Below are positions 17,515-25,823 of a stretch of DNA of 64,000 bases, in pieces. The position numbers and the translations under genes were made by a program. Source of the stretch: a virus (taxonomy: Duplodnaviria > Caudoviricetes); IMG/VR virus record IMGVR_UViG_2558309062_000001, positions 32,573 through 96,572 of that record. One strand, given 5' to 3'. Positions within the stretch are counted from its first letter, which is position 1; each line of letters starts with the position of its first letter. The notes beneath the pieces are model-generated. The model saw nothing but the letters and a program-made list of their open reading frames with translations, did not search any database and was not told where the DNA came from.

Positions 17515-18027
17515 CTACCCCTGGCGCCGCTGAACTGGAAAATCAATGCCGAACTCATCGAGGATCCGCACAAGCCGACAGTTGCCGATACCCAGCTCAG
17601 ACGTGGTCCGGCATCTGGACTTGCCTGCATCACGCATGGCAATGATCTTGTCGGCCAGGTCGCGATCCTCCTGGCTCGGTTCGGCATTTACCTTCAGCGG
17701 TCTGGCTGACTTAGGCGGGTTGAAGAATCTGAATCCTCCCCGCGCCGCTACGCCCCATAGAGCGGTCTTGGTTTCGCCCAGGAGCTCTGCGACCTCACCA
17801 CAGGTCATGGTCTTGGCGAGCTCTTCGATCTTGGCTGTGCGGGCCTTGGCGCGGCTTTTGCGCTCGCCGGCGCGCTCCTGCTTGATTGGCTTGGCCCGCT
17901 TTGGCTTTGGTTCGGGATGCTTGCGCTGCCGAAATGGCACGTATTCGAAGCCCTCCAGCACGACCAGCTGGCCGCCAGATGCGAAGAAGGCAGCCTTCGC
18001 TGCCTCCAGGTCGATTGATTGATCCAT
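17515..18027 (-). CDS. Hypothetical protein with HTH-like segments
   Basis: LEAAKAAFFASGG; TCGEVAELLG. Confidence 0.7.
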   Translation of the reverse strand: MDQSIDLEAAKAAFFASGGQLVVLEGFEYVPFRQRKHPEPKPKRAKPIKQERAGERKSRAKARTAKIEELAKTMTCGEVAELLGETKTALWGVAARGGFRFFNPPKSARPLKVNAEPSQEDRDLADKIIAMRDAGKSRCRTTSELGIGNCRLVRILDEFGIDFPVQRRQG

Positions 18028-18034
18028 GGGCGCC

Positions 18035-18598
18035 TCACTTGATGCGGATCGAGCTCTCGCCGCGCTCAAGATGCGCCCAGCCTGGCTCGGGGATGAGTTC
18101 GTGCTTGCAGTCTTCGCCTGCGGCCATGCGCTTGCGGACAGCTTCGTTGTGCTCGCGGTCGGCCTTGAGCTTGGCGGCGATGGCGTTCTTGTCCGGTGCG
18201 ATTTTGGTCACCACCGACGTCAGCTCATCGGGTACCGCCTGCTCGTTATCGACGATCACCTTTTCCTTTCCGGCTACCAGGCTGATGGTGAACAGCGGGC
18301 GCTTGATCGACTTGATGTTTGCGGCATCCATGTTCCGGCGCAGGTAGTCGGTGATGGCTGTCACGCTGTTGGCCTTGATGCGCTTGAGCTCGCTCAGGCG
18401 GTTGATCTCGGCGTCGATCGCGCCAATGTCGCCCTCGATGTTGCGGCGCAGCATCACGATGCTGTCGGCCTTAACCTCGAATTCGCCCTGGATACCGGCC
18501 ATGGTGTCCTGAATGGCCTGCTTGAGACCTTCGTCGTCGGTGTCACACATGGCAGCCAATTCGGCCATCTGACCGGTGAGTGCGTAGAGCTGGGTCAT
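18035..18598 (-). CDS. Siphovirus Gp157-family protein
   Basis: MTQLYALT...PDKNAIAAKLK..PGWAHLERG..IRIK. Confidence 0.85.
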   Translation of the reverse strand: MTQLYALTGQMAELAAMCDTDDEGLKQAIQDTMAGIQGEFEVKADSIVMLRRNIEGDIGAIDAEINRLSELKRIKANSVTAITDYLRRNMDAANIKSIKRPLFTISLVAGKEKVIVDNEQAVPDELTSVVTKIAPDKNAIAAKLKADREHNEAVRKRMAAGEDCKHELIPEPGWAHLERGESSIRIK

Positions 18599-19326
18599 GC
18601 TGCGGCCTCCTGCGGTTTGCCGGCTTCGAGGTTCTTCAATTCAAGGGAGATACGGGCGGCGCCTTTCTCATCCTTGCGGCCGATGAGCTTGCGCACGGCA
18701 TGGTCGTGGATCTTCTTGCGCTCATGCGGCGTCACCGCCCTCTGCATGGTCTCGATCGTGTCCTTGATGAAGTCCAGGCGCTGTTGCTGTTGGCGTTCGA
18801 TCTCGGCCTGACGGTCCTCGGCCTGTTCAATCGCCTGCTCAGCCTGTAGTTGCTGGACGTAGTTCACGTCATCGAACATGCCCAGGAACACGTCCGCGCT
18901 GAAGCCCAGCATGGACAGGGCTTTCTTGATGGCGTCGGTCAGCGACTTCTTCGGCGCCTCGCCATCAGTGGTCATGCCGTACTTGGTCTTGTACTGGTAC
19001 CGGGTGCACCCGTACTGCTCGACCTCGCCGCGCTGGCCGTCCTGCATGAACCAGAGCTGGATCTTGACGGTGTGGCCGATCTCCCGGCCCAAGCAGATTC
19101 GCTTGTCGCCTTCACCGGAAAACACCTCGTGGCCGTCGTCGAATCGCTCTTCGAGGACCTTCCAACCCCAGCCGATGCCGACCGGTCCGAACACTTCGGT
19201 CGCCTTCATGACCATCGCGGTGCCGTTCAGGCTTGTGATCTTCTGGCCGCCGACCTCGGCGTTCTTGGTGTAGCGGGTATCGGTGGTCTGCACCTGCTCC
19301 CAGATGCGCATGTTGGTAGTGGACAT
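18595..19326 (-). CDS. Rad52/Sak-like ssDNA annealing recombinase
   Basis: EVFGPVGIGWG, KKSLTDAIKKALSMLGFSADVF. Confidence 0.75.
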   Translation of the reverse strand: MSTTNMRIWEQVQTTDTRYTKNAEVGGQKITSLNGTAMVMKATEVFGPVGIGWGWKVLEERFDDGHEVFSGEGDKRICLGREIGHTVKIQLWFMQDGQRGEVEQYGCTRYQYKTKYGMTTDGEAPKKSLTDAIKKALSMLGFSADVFLGMFDDVNYVQQLQAEQAIEQAEDRQAEIERQQQQRLDFIKDTIETMQRAVTPHERKKIHDHAVRKLIGRKDEKGAARISLELKNLEAGKPQEAAA

Positions 19327-19502
19327 TGGTACACCTCGCGCCAGGCCGGCGCCGTCAGTTGAAAGGGGAAATGCCAGGTCACCCAGGCACGGAGGTACGC
19401 TCCAGGCCCTGGCTGCGGTGGATGGTTGCGCGCTCTCGCCGCTTACGCTCCTGGTAGGTCCGGTTATCCCCTAGGGGCCCGCCGGGCTCGGGTGCGTGTG
19501 AT

Positions 19503-19619
19503 TCAGGAAGTGATGCTGCCAGCCAGTGCGCTGGCGAGCATGAAGAAGGTGCAGGCGAAGAGCATGGAGAAGGAGCCGCGCCAGATGACCAGGCGGCGGG
19601 CGCGTTGGTAACTGGTCAT
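19503..19619 (-). CDS. Small TM protein (38 aa)
   Basis: MTSYQRARR followed by a hydrophobic helix. Confidence 0.55.
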   Translation of the reverse strand: MTSYQRARRLVIWRGSFSMLFACTFFMLASALAGSITS

Positions 19620-19623
19620 GGCT

Positions 19624-19845
19624 TCACCCTGGAAGTGTTGGCTTGGGGATGCGCTTGAAGTTTTGAACTGGCTGAAGCTTCGAGACGCCGTACCAGTGGC
19701 ACTGCGGGTTCTTCGCGATTGATCGCATGGAGGCAAGAATGCACTCTTTGTGCATTGGGCCTCGGAACCCACCGCCCAGATAATGGCGTAGCCGCTCATT
19801 GAACTTGATCAGATCAAGATTGCTGTGGAAGTAGCGTTCGCTCAT
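19624..19845 (-). CDS. Hypothetical protein
   Basis: ATGA coupling. Confidence 0.55.
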   Translation of the reverse strand: MSERYFHSNLDLIKFNERLRHYLGGGFRGPMHKECILASMRSIAKNPQCHWYGVSKLQPVQNFKRIPKPTLPG

Positions 19846-20057
19846 GCCCGCACCTCATAGGCCAGAGTGCACATGCCGCAGAGATAGGCCCGGCCCGACC
19901 AGGCTGCCGGGTTCTCGATGTGAGCCATGCGCGCCTGATTCATGGCGTCCTCCATGTTCAGGCCCTTGAACACCAGCAGGATGCGGTCATCTGGCACAGC
20001 CTGGGCAGCCTCGGCCACTTGGTCGTCGATTAACGACGGGAAGATCGGCGTGGTCAT
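19842..20057 (-). CDS. Hypothetical protein
   Basis: AGGAGG RBS; coupled. Confidence 0.65.
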   Translation of the reverse strand: MTTPIFPSLIDDQVAEAAQAVPDDRILLVFKGLNMEDAMNQARMAHIENPAAWSGRAYLCGMCTLAYEVRA

Positions 20058-20587
20058 GATGCCTCCTGCTTGCGGTAGCCAGCGTCCCAAAGGTCCCGGA
20101 CAACGTCCTCATGGATCATCAATTCTTGCAGGTGACTGGCGCCGTGGGTTCCAAGAGGGTGATCTTTGATATGGCGAATCATTTCGTTCAGCCCTGCATG
20201 GCGCTCTTGCTCTGGCGTAGGCATGGGGCGGAAGTTGCTCGACCAACATAGAAGGCGCCCTTCGCCGTGCACAACTGCCGCCGAACTAATGAATTCGGGG
20301 TGGTGCCAGATCACATGGCAATCAACCCACAGTTCATCTCTTCCTTTGATAAGAGCCTGACACTTGGTATCAACGGGAGGGCGACCAGCATTAGGCCAGC
20401 CGTTTGGATCCGTGAACACTTTGAAGCGTTTGCCCTCGTCAGACTTGGCCCAGGGGCGCCCCACCTGATCGATGTACAAATCACCAGAATCCTTGTGCCA
20501 GCCTGCAGGCCACGCTTCAAATCCTTGCATCGGGATGATCCAGAGTGGATATCCATCTGGCTTGGCAGCCCAATCAATTTTGCTCAT
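20054..20587 (-). CDS. Hypothetical protein
   Basis: MSKIDW..P; DAGYRK C-terminus; coupled. Confidence 0.65.
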   Translation of the reverse strand: MSKIDWAAKPDGYPLWIIPMQGFEAWPAGWHKDSGDLYIDQVGRPWAKSDEGKRFKVFTDPNGWPNAGRPPVDTKCQALIKGRDELWVDCHVIWHHPEFISSAAVVHGEGRLLCWSSNFRPMPTPEQERHAGLNEMIRHIKDHPLGTHGASHLQELMIHEDVVRDLWDAGYRKQEAS

Positions 20588-20778
20588 GCGACCTCCTTGC
20601 GCCCATCAACGATCTTGTTGAGGCGCCTGCAGTAGTGGTTGAACTCTTCGATGGTGATGCGCTGGTCGGCCAGCATTTCCGTTAAGAGCTTGAGCACCAT
20701 GGCCTGCCAGGACAGTGGCGTCTCAGGGTGAGACATGGCCTCAAGCTCTTCGTCGATCAGGACGTGCGGGCTTTTCAT
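20584..20778 (-). CDS. Hypothetical protein
   Basis: Coupled; ITIEEFNHY. Confidence 0.65.
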   Translation of the reverse strand: MKSPHVLIDEELEAMSHPETPLSWQAMVLKLLTEMLADQRITIEEFNHYCRRLNKIVDGRKEVA

Positions 20779-21197
20779 TCGGCCTCCTCGGCCTGGGCCA
20801 GAACTCCTTCCTTCGCAAAGGGCGTGAGCAGCTGGCGTGCAATCTCTTCCAGCGCTGCCTCGGGGTTGGCCACGCTCATGATCTCGTCAGCCGCTGCCTT
20901 TGCATCGCTGGTGACCTTTGAGCGCGCCGCCAGAACCAGGCGGCCCAGCACCGAGTTGCTGATGCCATTCAGGCCCAGCTGGCCCATAACGAACTCATCC
21001 ACCGCCTGGGCGAAGCGCTCATAGGTGACGCCCTGTTTCGGTCGCATCCGGCGCTGGAACACGAAGTCTCGGCGCGCCATCAGCTCAGCGATACCGTCGT
21101 CGATCCAGCGTGCCTCTGCCTGCTCAGCCGCGCTTTCGCTTACCGGCGGAGGCAACTGGTTGTCGTACTGCCATTGTGCTGCTCGAAGTGCGCCCAT
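20775..21197 (-). CDS. Hypothetical protein
   Basis: GGAGG RBS; AQWQYDNQLPP. Confidence 0.65.
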   Translation of the reverse strand: MGALRAAQWQYDNQLPPPVSESAAEQAEARWIDDGIAELMARRDFVFQRRMRPKQGVTYERFAQAVDEFVMGQLGLNGISNSVLGRLVLAARSKVTSDAKAAADEIMSVANPEAALEEIARQLLTPFAKEGVLAQAEEAE

Positions 21198-21209
21198 GGT
21201 CGCCTCCAG

Positions 21210-21455
21210 TTACGGTTGGGATGCTCGATAGCGCCGCATGAGGCCTTTTGTCAGGCGCTGCATGATTCGCGGGTATCGGTCGGGGTGGTGAAGCCGGCAT
21301 GGCAGTTCATAGCGGCCAATGTCGTCTTCGCAGTAGTCGCAATCGCAGTGCTTCCTGAGCATCGCCCGTGCCTCAGCAGCACAAGCAGCGCGCAGCGTGA
21401 ACCAGCGACGACCGCCGCCACGAAAGACAGCGGCTGTCTCGACTGTGACGGCCAT
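21210..21455 (-). CDS. Hypothetical protein (Cys-rich)
   Basis: GGAGG RBS. Confidence 0.65.
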   Translation of the reverse strand: MAVTVETAAVFRGGGRRWFTLRAACAAEARAMLRKHCDCDYCEDDIGRYELPCRLHHPDRYPRIMQRLTKGLMRRYRASQP

Positions 21456-21475
21456 GATCGCCTCCAGGTGGTGGG

Positions 21476-21730
21476 TTACTCGGTGGGTGGTGAAGGGAGG
21501 GGCTGCCAGTGGGTGGGCTCATCGTCTTCGCAGAAGCCGCCGTCCCAAGACTGCCAATTGGCGCCGGAATCGATCTCGACCTCACCGACGTACTCGCCAG
21601 TGGTGTCGTGAAAGTGCGACTCGGACTTGGCCCACTTGATCCAGGCTCCAGCGGTCACGCGACTACCTTTGCGCAGGATGATTTCAGTGCCGTCGCGCGG
21701 CGCCGAAGCAATCGGCTGCCAGCCGCTCAT
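21476..21730 (-). CDS. DUF551-like protein
   Basis: WQPIASAPRDG...PTHWQPLP. Confidence 0.75.
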   Translation of the reverse strand: MSGWQPIASAPRDGTEIILRKGSRVTAGAWIKWAKSESHFHDTTGEYVGEVEIDSGANWQSWDGGFCEDDEPTHWQPLPSPPTE

Positions 21731-21939
21731 GGCTTCACCCGGGCGGCGAGCATGGCGTCGGCCAGTTCGTAGCACTCGGCGACAATATCCTCACGCTTGG
21801 CATTCGCAGTATTAGGGTCTGCGCACAGGCCTTGCAGCGCCTTGGCAGCGAAGTAGTCGCGCAGATTCATGCCGTTGAAGTCGTCGTCATGCTGCATGCC
21901 AGGCACCGGGAAAGCCGGGCCGCCAGTTGGTTTGCTCAT
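21727..21939 (-). CDS. Hypothetical phage protein
   Basis: GGPAFP..GMNLRDYFAAKA..YELADAMLAAR family motif. Confidence 0.8.
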   Translation of the reverse strand: MSKPTGGPAFPVPGMQHDDDFNGMNLRDYFAAKALQGLCADPNTANAKREDIVAECYELADAMLAARVKP

Positions 21940-21959
21940 CGTGTGAACCTCGGTAGCCA

Positions 21960-22327
21960 ACCGCATTGGCCAGGAGCCAGGCGCGGGTGACCAAACCCAC
22001 CGTGAAAGGTGGCCTGGCGCCTGCCAATGCGGTCGTATGTGAAGGGAAGGGGATGCAGAGGCCGGGCACTACCCCGGCAGCTGGCTTGGCGTGGACCCAT
22101 CCAGCGGCGCAATTCGTTTACCCTCAGAGCGAGGGAAGGGACGTCCACAGGTGCTTCGGTAACCGCGCCCGGAGCTGGGCGCTTCTCTGCATCGGGGTGT
22201 GATCTGGCTGGCAGCGACATCCAGCATCGGCAACTCACCCGAGGTTGCCTCGGGCCTTTCAGGTGCGGGTCACCCGTCCAGCCGTGTAGCCCTCGCCACA
22301 GGGCATTCAGATCACACTCCGATGCAG
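21960..22327. ncRNA. Putative structured RNA elements (two closed multi-branch domains)
   Basis: 11-bp stem 21960-21970/22023-22033 and 20-bp stem 22187-22206/22308-22327 with internal hairpins; no credible ORF. Confidence 0.4.
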
Positions 22328-22376
22328 CCTGCGATGGGGAGCAGGGCATCGGGCCGTCTTTCCGGCTGTCAGGGAA

Positions 22377-22919
22377 TCAATAGGGCTTTTCGACTTTGCC
22401 CTGGTCCTGCAGGCTCCGGACCTTGAAGAGGTCGTTTAGCAGGGAGTCCATCTGGTTGGCCATCTGCTTGCGCAGGCCGTCTTTAAGGGCGCCGGTAACG
22501 TTGGTCACGCTTTGCTGCATTTCCTTGCTGAAGTCTTCAGCGCAGATCTTGGTCATCAGCCACTGCGCCCGTGTAACCGAGTTGTAATCGCTGGTGGCTG
22601 GCTTTCCATCGCCAGGGTTGACCTTGCCGCTCCAGTAGGCAGTAACCGTCTTCTCCAGTTCCTTGCGCAGAGTGGTGGACGGGCCTTCTTGGTCGCCCCA
22701 CTGATTAACACGGCGGTATTCACGCTCGAACGAACCGTTGATGGTCTCGTCGATTGCCTTCTGGATTTGCGCGGTCACGCGCTCATCGAAGATTTTGTCG
22801 ATGCGCTTCTTCACCTCTTTCGCGACCAGGTCGGATAGGTCTTCGTCCTCGCGAAGGAGCTGATCGGTGACCTGGGCCACGATTGCGGTTTTCAGTGCTT
22901 CTTCGTTGATGTTCAGCAT
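22377..22919 (-). CDS. Hypothetical protein (first convincing PL-operon gene)
   Basis: GGAGG RBS; 180-aa helical ORF. Confidence 0.7.
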   Translation of the reverse strand: MLNINEEALKTAIVAQVTDQLLREDEDLSDLVAKEVKKRIDKIFDERVTAQIQKAIDETINGSFEREYRRVNQWGDQEGPSTTLRKELEKTVTAYWSGKVNPGDGKPATSDYNSVTRAQWLMTKICAEDFSKEMQQSVTNVTGALKDGLRKQMANQMDSLLNDLFKVRSLQDQGKVEKPY

Positions 22920-23525
22920 TCCCGTGCCCTCCAGGGCGGTTGATTTCCCGGATGCCACTCGCTGAATGGCACCTGGTGAAATCCCGGCCTCGCTACTGGC
23001 GACAGGCCGGGGTGTTGCGTCAGCGGTGATCCCTCTACGCTAGGGTGGCGCCGCGTCTGCCGCTGCTGATTGCAGCTCTGCGGTTCGTCGTGGTTGCGGG
23101 CTTCGAGCTTCCTCCTCATGGCGTCAAGCAGCATCTGTCCGCCATGGATCGCAGGTCCTTACAACATGCACGCTACAGCTCTGAATGCCCTGACTGAGTG
23201 GGGCAGGGTGCATGAGGTCCGGCACCCCTCAATGCCGAAGCTCGGGGCGCTAATTCAAATCGGTGTTTCTGGGCTCCGTTACTCGCCACGGTGGCCTGGG
23301 CGAATCCTTTTTCGGGAACCCTGTGGGTTCAACAGTCAGCCGCGCCTATGCCGCTAACTCTCGCTTTTGGTGCTTTACGCTGCACACCTTGGGGGAGGCG
23401 CCCCATCTCAAAGAATCCGCTTGAAGGTCATGGCTCCTTGATCGCTGCCATGTCCGGGCATTTGCCTGCGGGTGTCGGCCGGTGAGGGCCTCCCGAGGGG
23501 CTGTGTAGCGCCTCGATGGATGTAG

Positions 23526-23566
23526 TTAACCATCGGTATATATTTGTCGTCAATACCGATGGTTAA
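23526..23566. promoter_or_regulatory. OL operators / PL region
   Basis: TTAACCATCGGTAT and ATACCGATGGTTAA; the same motif occurs three times between cI and cro. Confidence 0.8.
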
Positions 23567-23602
23567 TTTATTTTTCGAGGGCTTGCGCTATGATCTGCAA
23601 TA

Positions 23603-23618
23603 CTGGATGTATGTACAG
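23603..23618. promoter_or_regulatory. LexA (SOS) box
   Basis: taCTGGATGTATGTACAGt. Confidence 0.75.
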
Positions 23619-23634
23619 TTATTACGGAGGTGTC

Positions 23635-23952
23635 ATGGCCAAGCAAAACAAGACGGCGCCAAAGCAGCAGAGCCAGAAGATGACTGACCTAGAGCGCCTG
23701 GGGCTCAGGGTTTCCAACATGATTAATCACCCGATCGCGCAGGAGCAGAGGTGGGTCGTCATTCATCGCCTGGACACTGACGGGGATGCGGAGTGGGATG
23801 AGATCATGGGGATTCTGTCGGAAACGGATGGCCTTGAGATGACCTTTCTCGACGATGGCGGGGTGAAGATCGAGTGGGAGATGCAGAGCGAGGAGGATCG
23901 AGAGGCGCCGGCCAGTGAGCTGGAAGCGCTGGAGGATGAGCCGCCTTTCTGA
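23635..23952 (+). CDS. DUF1654-like protein
   Basis: ERLGLRVSNMIN.PIAQ..R.V.IHRLD; GGAGG RBS. Confidence 0.75.
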   Translation: MAKQNKTAPKQQSQKMTDLERLGLRVSNMINHPIAQEQRWVVIHRLDTDGDAEWDEIMGILSETDGLEMTFLDDGGVKIEWEMQSEEDREAPASELEALEDEPPF

Positions 23953-23960
23953 CGGGCCCC

Positions 23961-23986
23961 AAAGAGCCCGCTCGGTGCGGGCTTCT
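23961..23986. terminator. Terminator between convergent genes
   Basis: AGCCCGC-tcggt-GCGGGCT. Confidence 0.6.
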
Positions 23987-24000
23987 GGCTGGAGATTTGC

Positions 24001-24507
24001 TTACTTCGAGAACTTAACCTCGGTCGCCAGCGCCTGCTTGGCGGCTTGGTAGTCCGACTTTGCGCGATGGTCAGGAAGGCGGTATGGGCTCATCGAGGAT
24101 AGATAGGCTGACCATTTAGCGTACAGATCCTTGCTCAGCTCAAGCTGCTTGGCCGGAACCTTGGACGCTTTCAGCCGAGTTACAGCCTCATTGCCCTGGG
24201 CGTGGGCGAATTTCACGCATTCCATGAAAGAGTTGCTGTATTCGGTTTGCAGGTCGCGCAGGCCGTATCGAACAGCATCGCGGCCCAGCGTTGCCTCCAG
24301 ATCGCACTGGAATACCGGCATATCGAGCTGGCTGGCAAAGTTGGCCGCCTCTGGCGATTCCTTGTCATAGGTGTAGGGGCGCGGCTTGAAAACGTGAGGC
24401 TCTTTCTTTGCGGGCGCTGCGGCATATCCGCCGGAGTTAGGCTGGCCCGGAGCGCAGCCAGCCAGAAATGCTGCAGAAATGATAAAAGCGGCCAGGGTGT
24501 TTCGCAT
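24001..24507 (-). CDS. Lipoprotein in the immunity region
   Basis: Lipobox FLAGC; GGAG RBS. Confidence 0.75.
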   Translation of the reverse strand: MRNTLAAFIISAAFLAGCAPGQPNSGGYAAAPAKKEPHVFKPRPYTYDKESPEAANFASQLDMPVFQCDLEATLGRDAVRYGLRDLQTEYSNSFMECVKFAHAQGNEAVTRLKASKVPAKQLELSKDLYAKWSAYLSSMSPYRLPDHRAKSDYQAAKQALATEVKFSK

Positions 24508-24564
24508 GACTCTCTCCATGAGGAAAGCCACCATTCTACCACTCTGGCCTTGAGCCATCACGCA

Positions 24565-24738
24565 GGCGTAAAAAAGCCCGCTGGGAAGCGCGGGCTAACG
24601 TAGGGAAATCGGATGTGCCATCACTGTGCAGAGTAGGGCGTGAAAAAAGCGTGAAGGCATGAAAAAGCCCGCCGAGGCGGGCTTCGGGATCAGATCGAGT
24701 ATGGCAGGTGTAAGAAGCCCGGCGCAGGGCCGAGCTTT
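24565..24738 (-). terminator. Array of AAGCCCG terminator hairpins
   Basis: Hairpins near 24570, 24662 and 24712. Confidence 0.6.
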
Positions 24739-25317
24739 CTATTTAGAGCTTGTCGCGGGCGGAGTTTTTAGCTGCTGTAGTTTTTGCTGCTCTTGTATTT
24801 GCTGCAAAAGGGCTTGTGTGTCTTTCGTTTGCTGCGCCATTGTCGCTTGGGCGGATGCGATATCCTTGCCAACACCGAAGCCTGCTATCGTGCTGGAGAC
24901 CAAGCTTGAATTGCTGCTCTGTATGCCAAAAAATATGGTCAGGGTGCTCGCAACAATAGCTCCGACAATGGCAAGGGTTGTATTGCGCATTGACGACTTT
25001 AAATCTTTTAGGTGCCCGAGATCAGTCTCCACAGCCTTCAGGTCGCCACGCATGCCAGACATTTCGAGGCGGATTTCGCCCATGGCATCTTTGACGGTCT
25101 GCTCAAAACTCTGCAAGCGCAAATCTACCTTGAGATTTTGGTTCTCGAGATGGGCTTTCAGTTCGTCGCGGTTTAGGTCGGTCATAGGCTCAGTATCGGC
25201 CTCAGCCCCATCAAAGTCATCCCCGAGAGCAAGAAATTGTGCCTCCAGCTCTGCAATTTTTGCCTGCTGCTTTGCGTACTCACGTTGGAGTAGGGTATCC
25301 GACACCTTATCTTCCAT
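24739..25317 (-). CDS. Coiled-coil protein with C-terminal TM helix
   Basis: TTLAIVGAIVASTLTIFFGI; GGAG RBS; low GC. Confidence 0.7.
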   Translation of the reverse strand: MEDKVSDTLLQREYAKQQAKIAELEAQFLALGDDFDGAEADTEPMTDLNRDELKAHLENQNLKVDLRLQSFEQTVKDAMGEIRLEMSGMRGDLKAVETDLGHLKDLKSSMRNTTLAIVGAIVASTLTIFFGIQSSNSSLVSSTIAGFGVGKDIASAQATMAQQTKDTQALLQQIQEQQKLQQLKTPPATSSK

Positions 25318-25555
25318 CGTTCGTCTCCATAATCTCGGAGAGCTCTTGAAGAATTTCCATCTGCTCATCCATTCCCTTGAATACCTCAACCGCCTGCTGC
25401 CTTGTTTCTGTAGGCAGACCTTCTCCTTCGGCAAGCACAAGAGAAAGTTTCAGCAGCGCAGAGGTGTTTGCAACGCCAAGAGCCGTTAGGCGAGAAACCA
25501 TAACCCTTAGCTTGGTAACGTCGCTTAACAGGCGGCCTTCCGTGTTGTCATCCAA
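25307..25555 (-). CDS. Hypothetical protein (82 aa)
   Basis: GGGAG RBS, TTG start; overlaps the next gene. Confidence 0.6.
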   Translation of the reverse strand: MDDNTEGRLLSDVTKLRVMVSRLTALGVANTSALLKLSLVLAEGEGLPTETRQQAVEVFKGMDEQMEILQELSEIMETNDGR

Positions 25556-25587
25556 TTAAATTCTCCCTTACAGTTCACTGCTTGAAA

Positions 25588-25821
25588 TTATGCAGGGCGA
25601 ACAATCCTTCCCGCCTTCACCTCATCCCCATACCCCACCAGCCTGTCCTCCCCAGCCTGCATCACCTGGCAGATCCTGATCACTGCCTGGGCGTCATGCT
25701 CGTTTCCAGCCAGGCTCAGTCGTTCGGCTATGCGCATCAGCTCGACCGCCGACCACTTCAGGTCAGAGGCCAGGCCTTGAAGGTCGCGGTGGAGTTCTTG
25801 ATTGGGCTTGGTTAGGGGCAT
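25588..25821 (-). CDS. Hypothetical protein co-transcribed with cI
   Basis: Starts 3 bp after the cI stop. Confidence 0.7.
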   Translation of the reverse strand: MPLTKPNQELHRDLQGLASDLKWSAVELMRIAERLSLAGNEHDAQAVIRICQVMQAGEDRLVGYGDEVKAGRIVRPA

Positions 25822-25823
25822 GG

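Noticed and set aside
22913-23134. 73-aa minus ORF as N antiterminator
   Set aside because: No convincing RBS or arginine-rich motif, and it overlaps hairpin-rich sequence.
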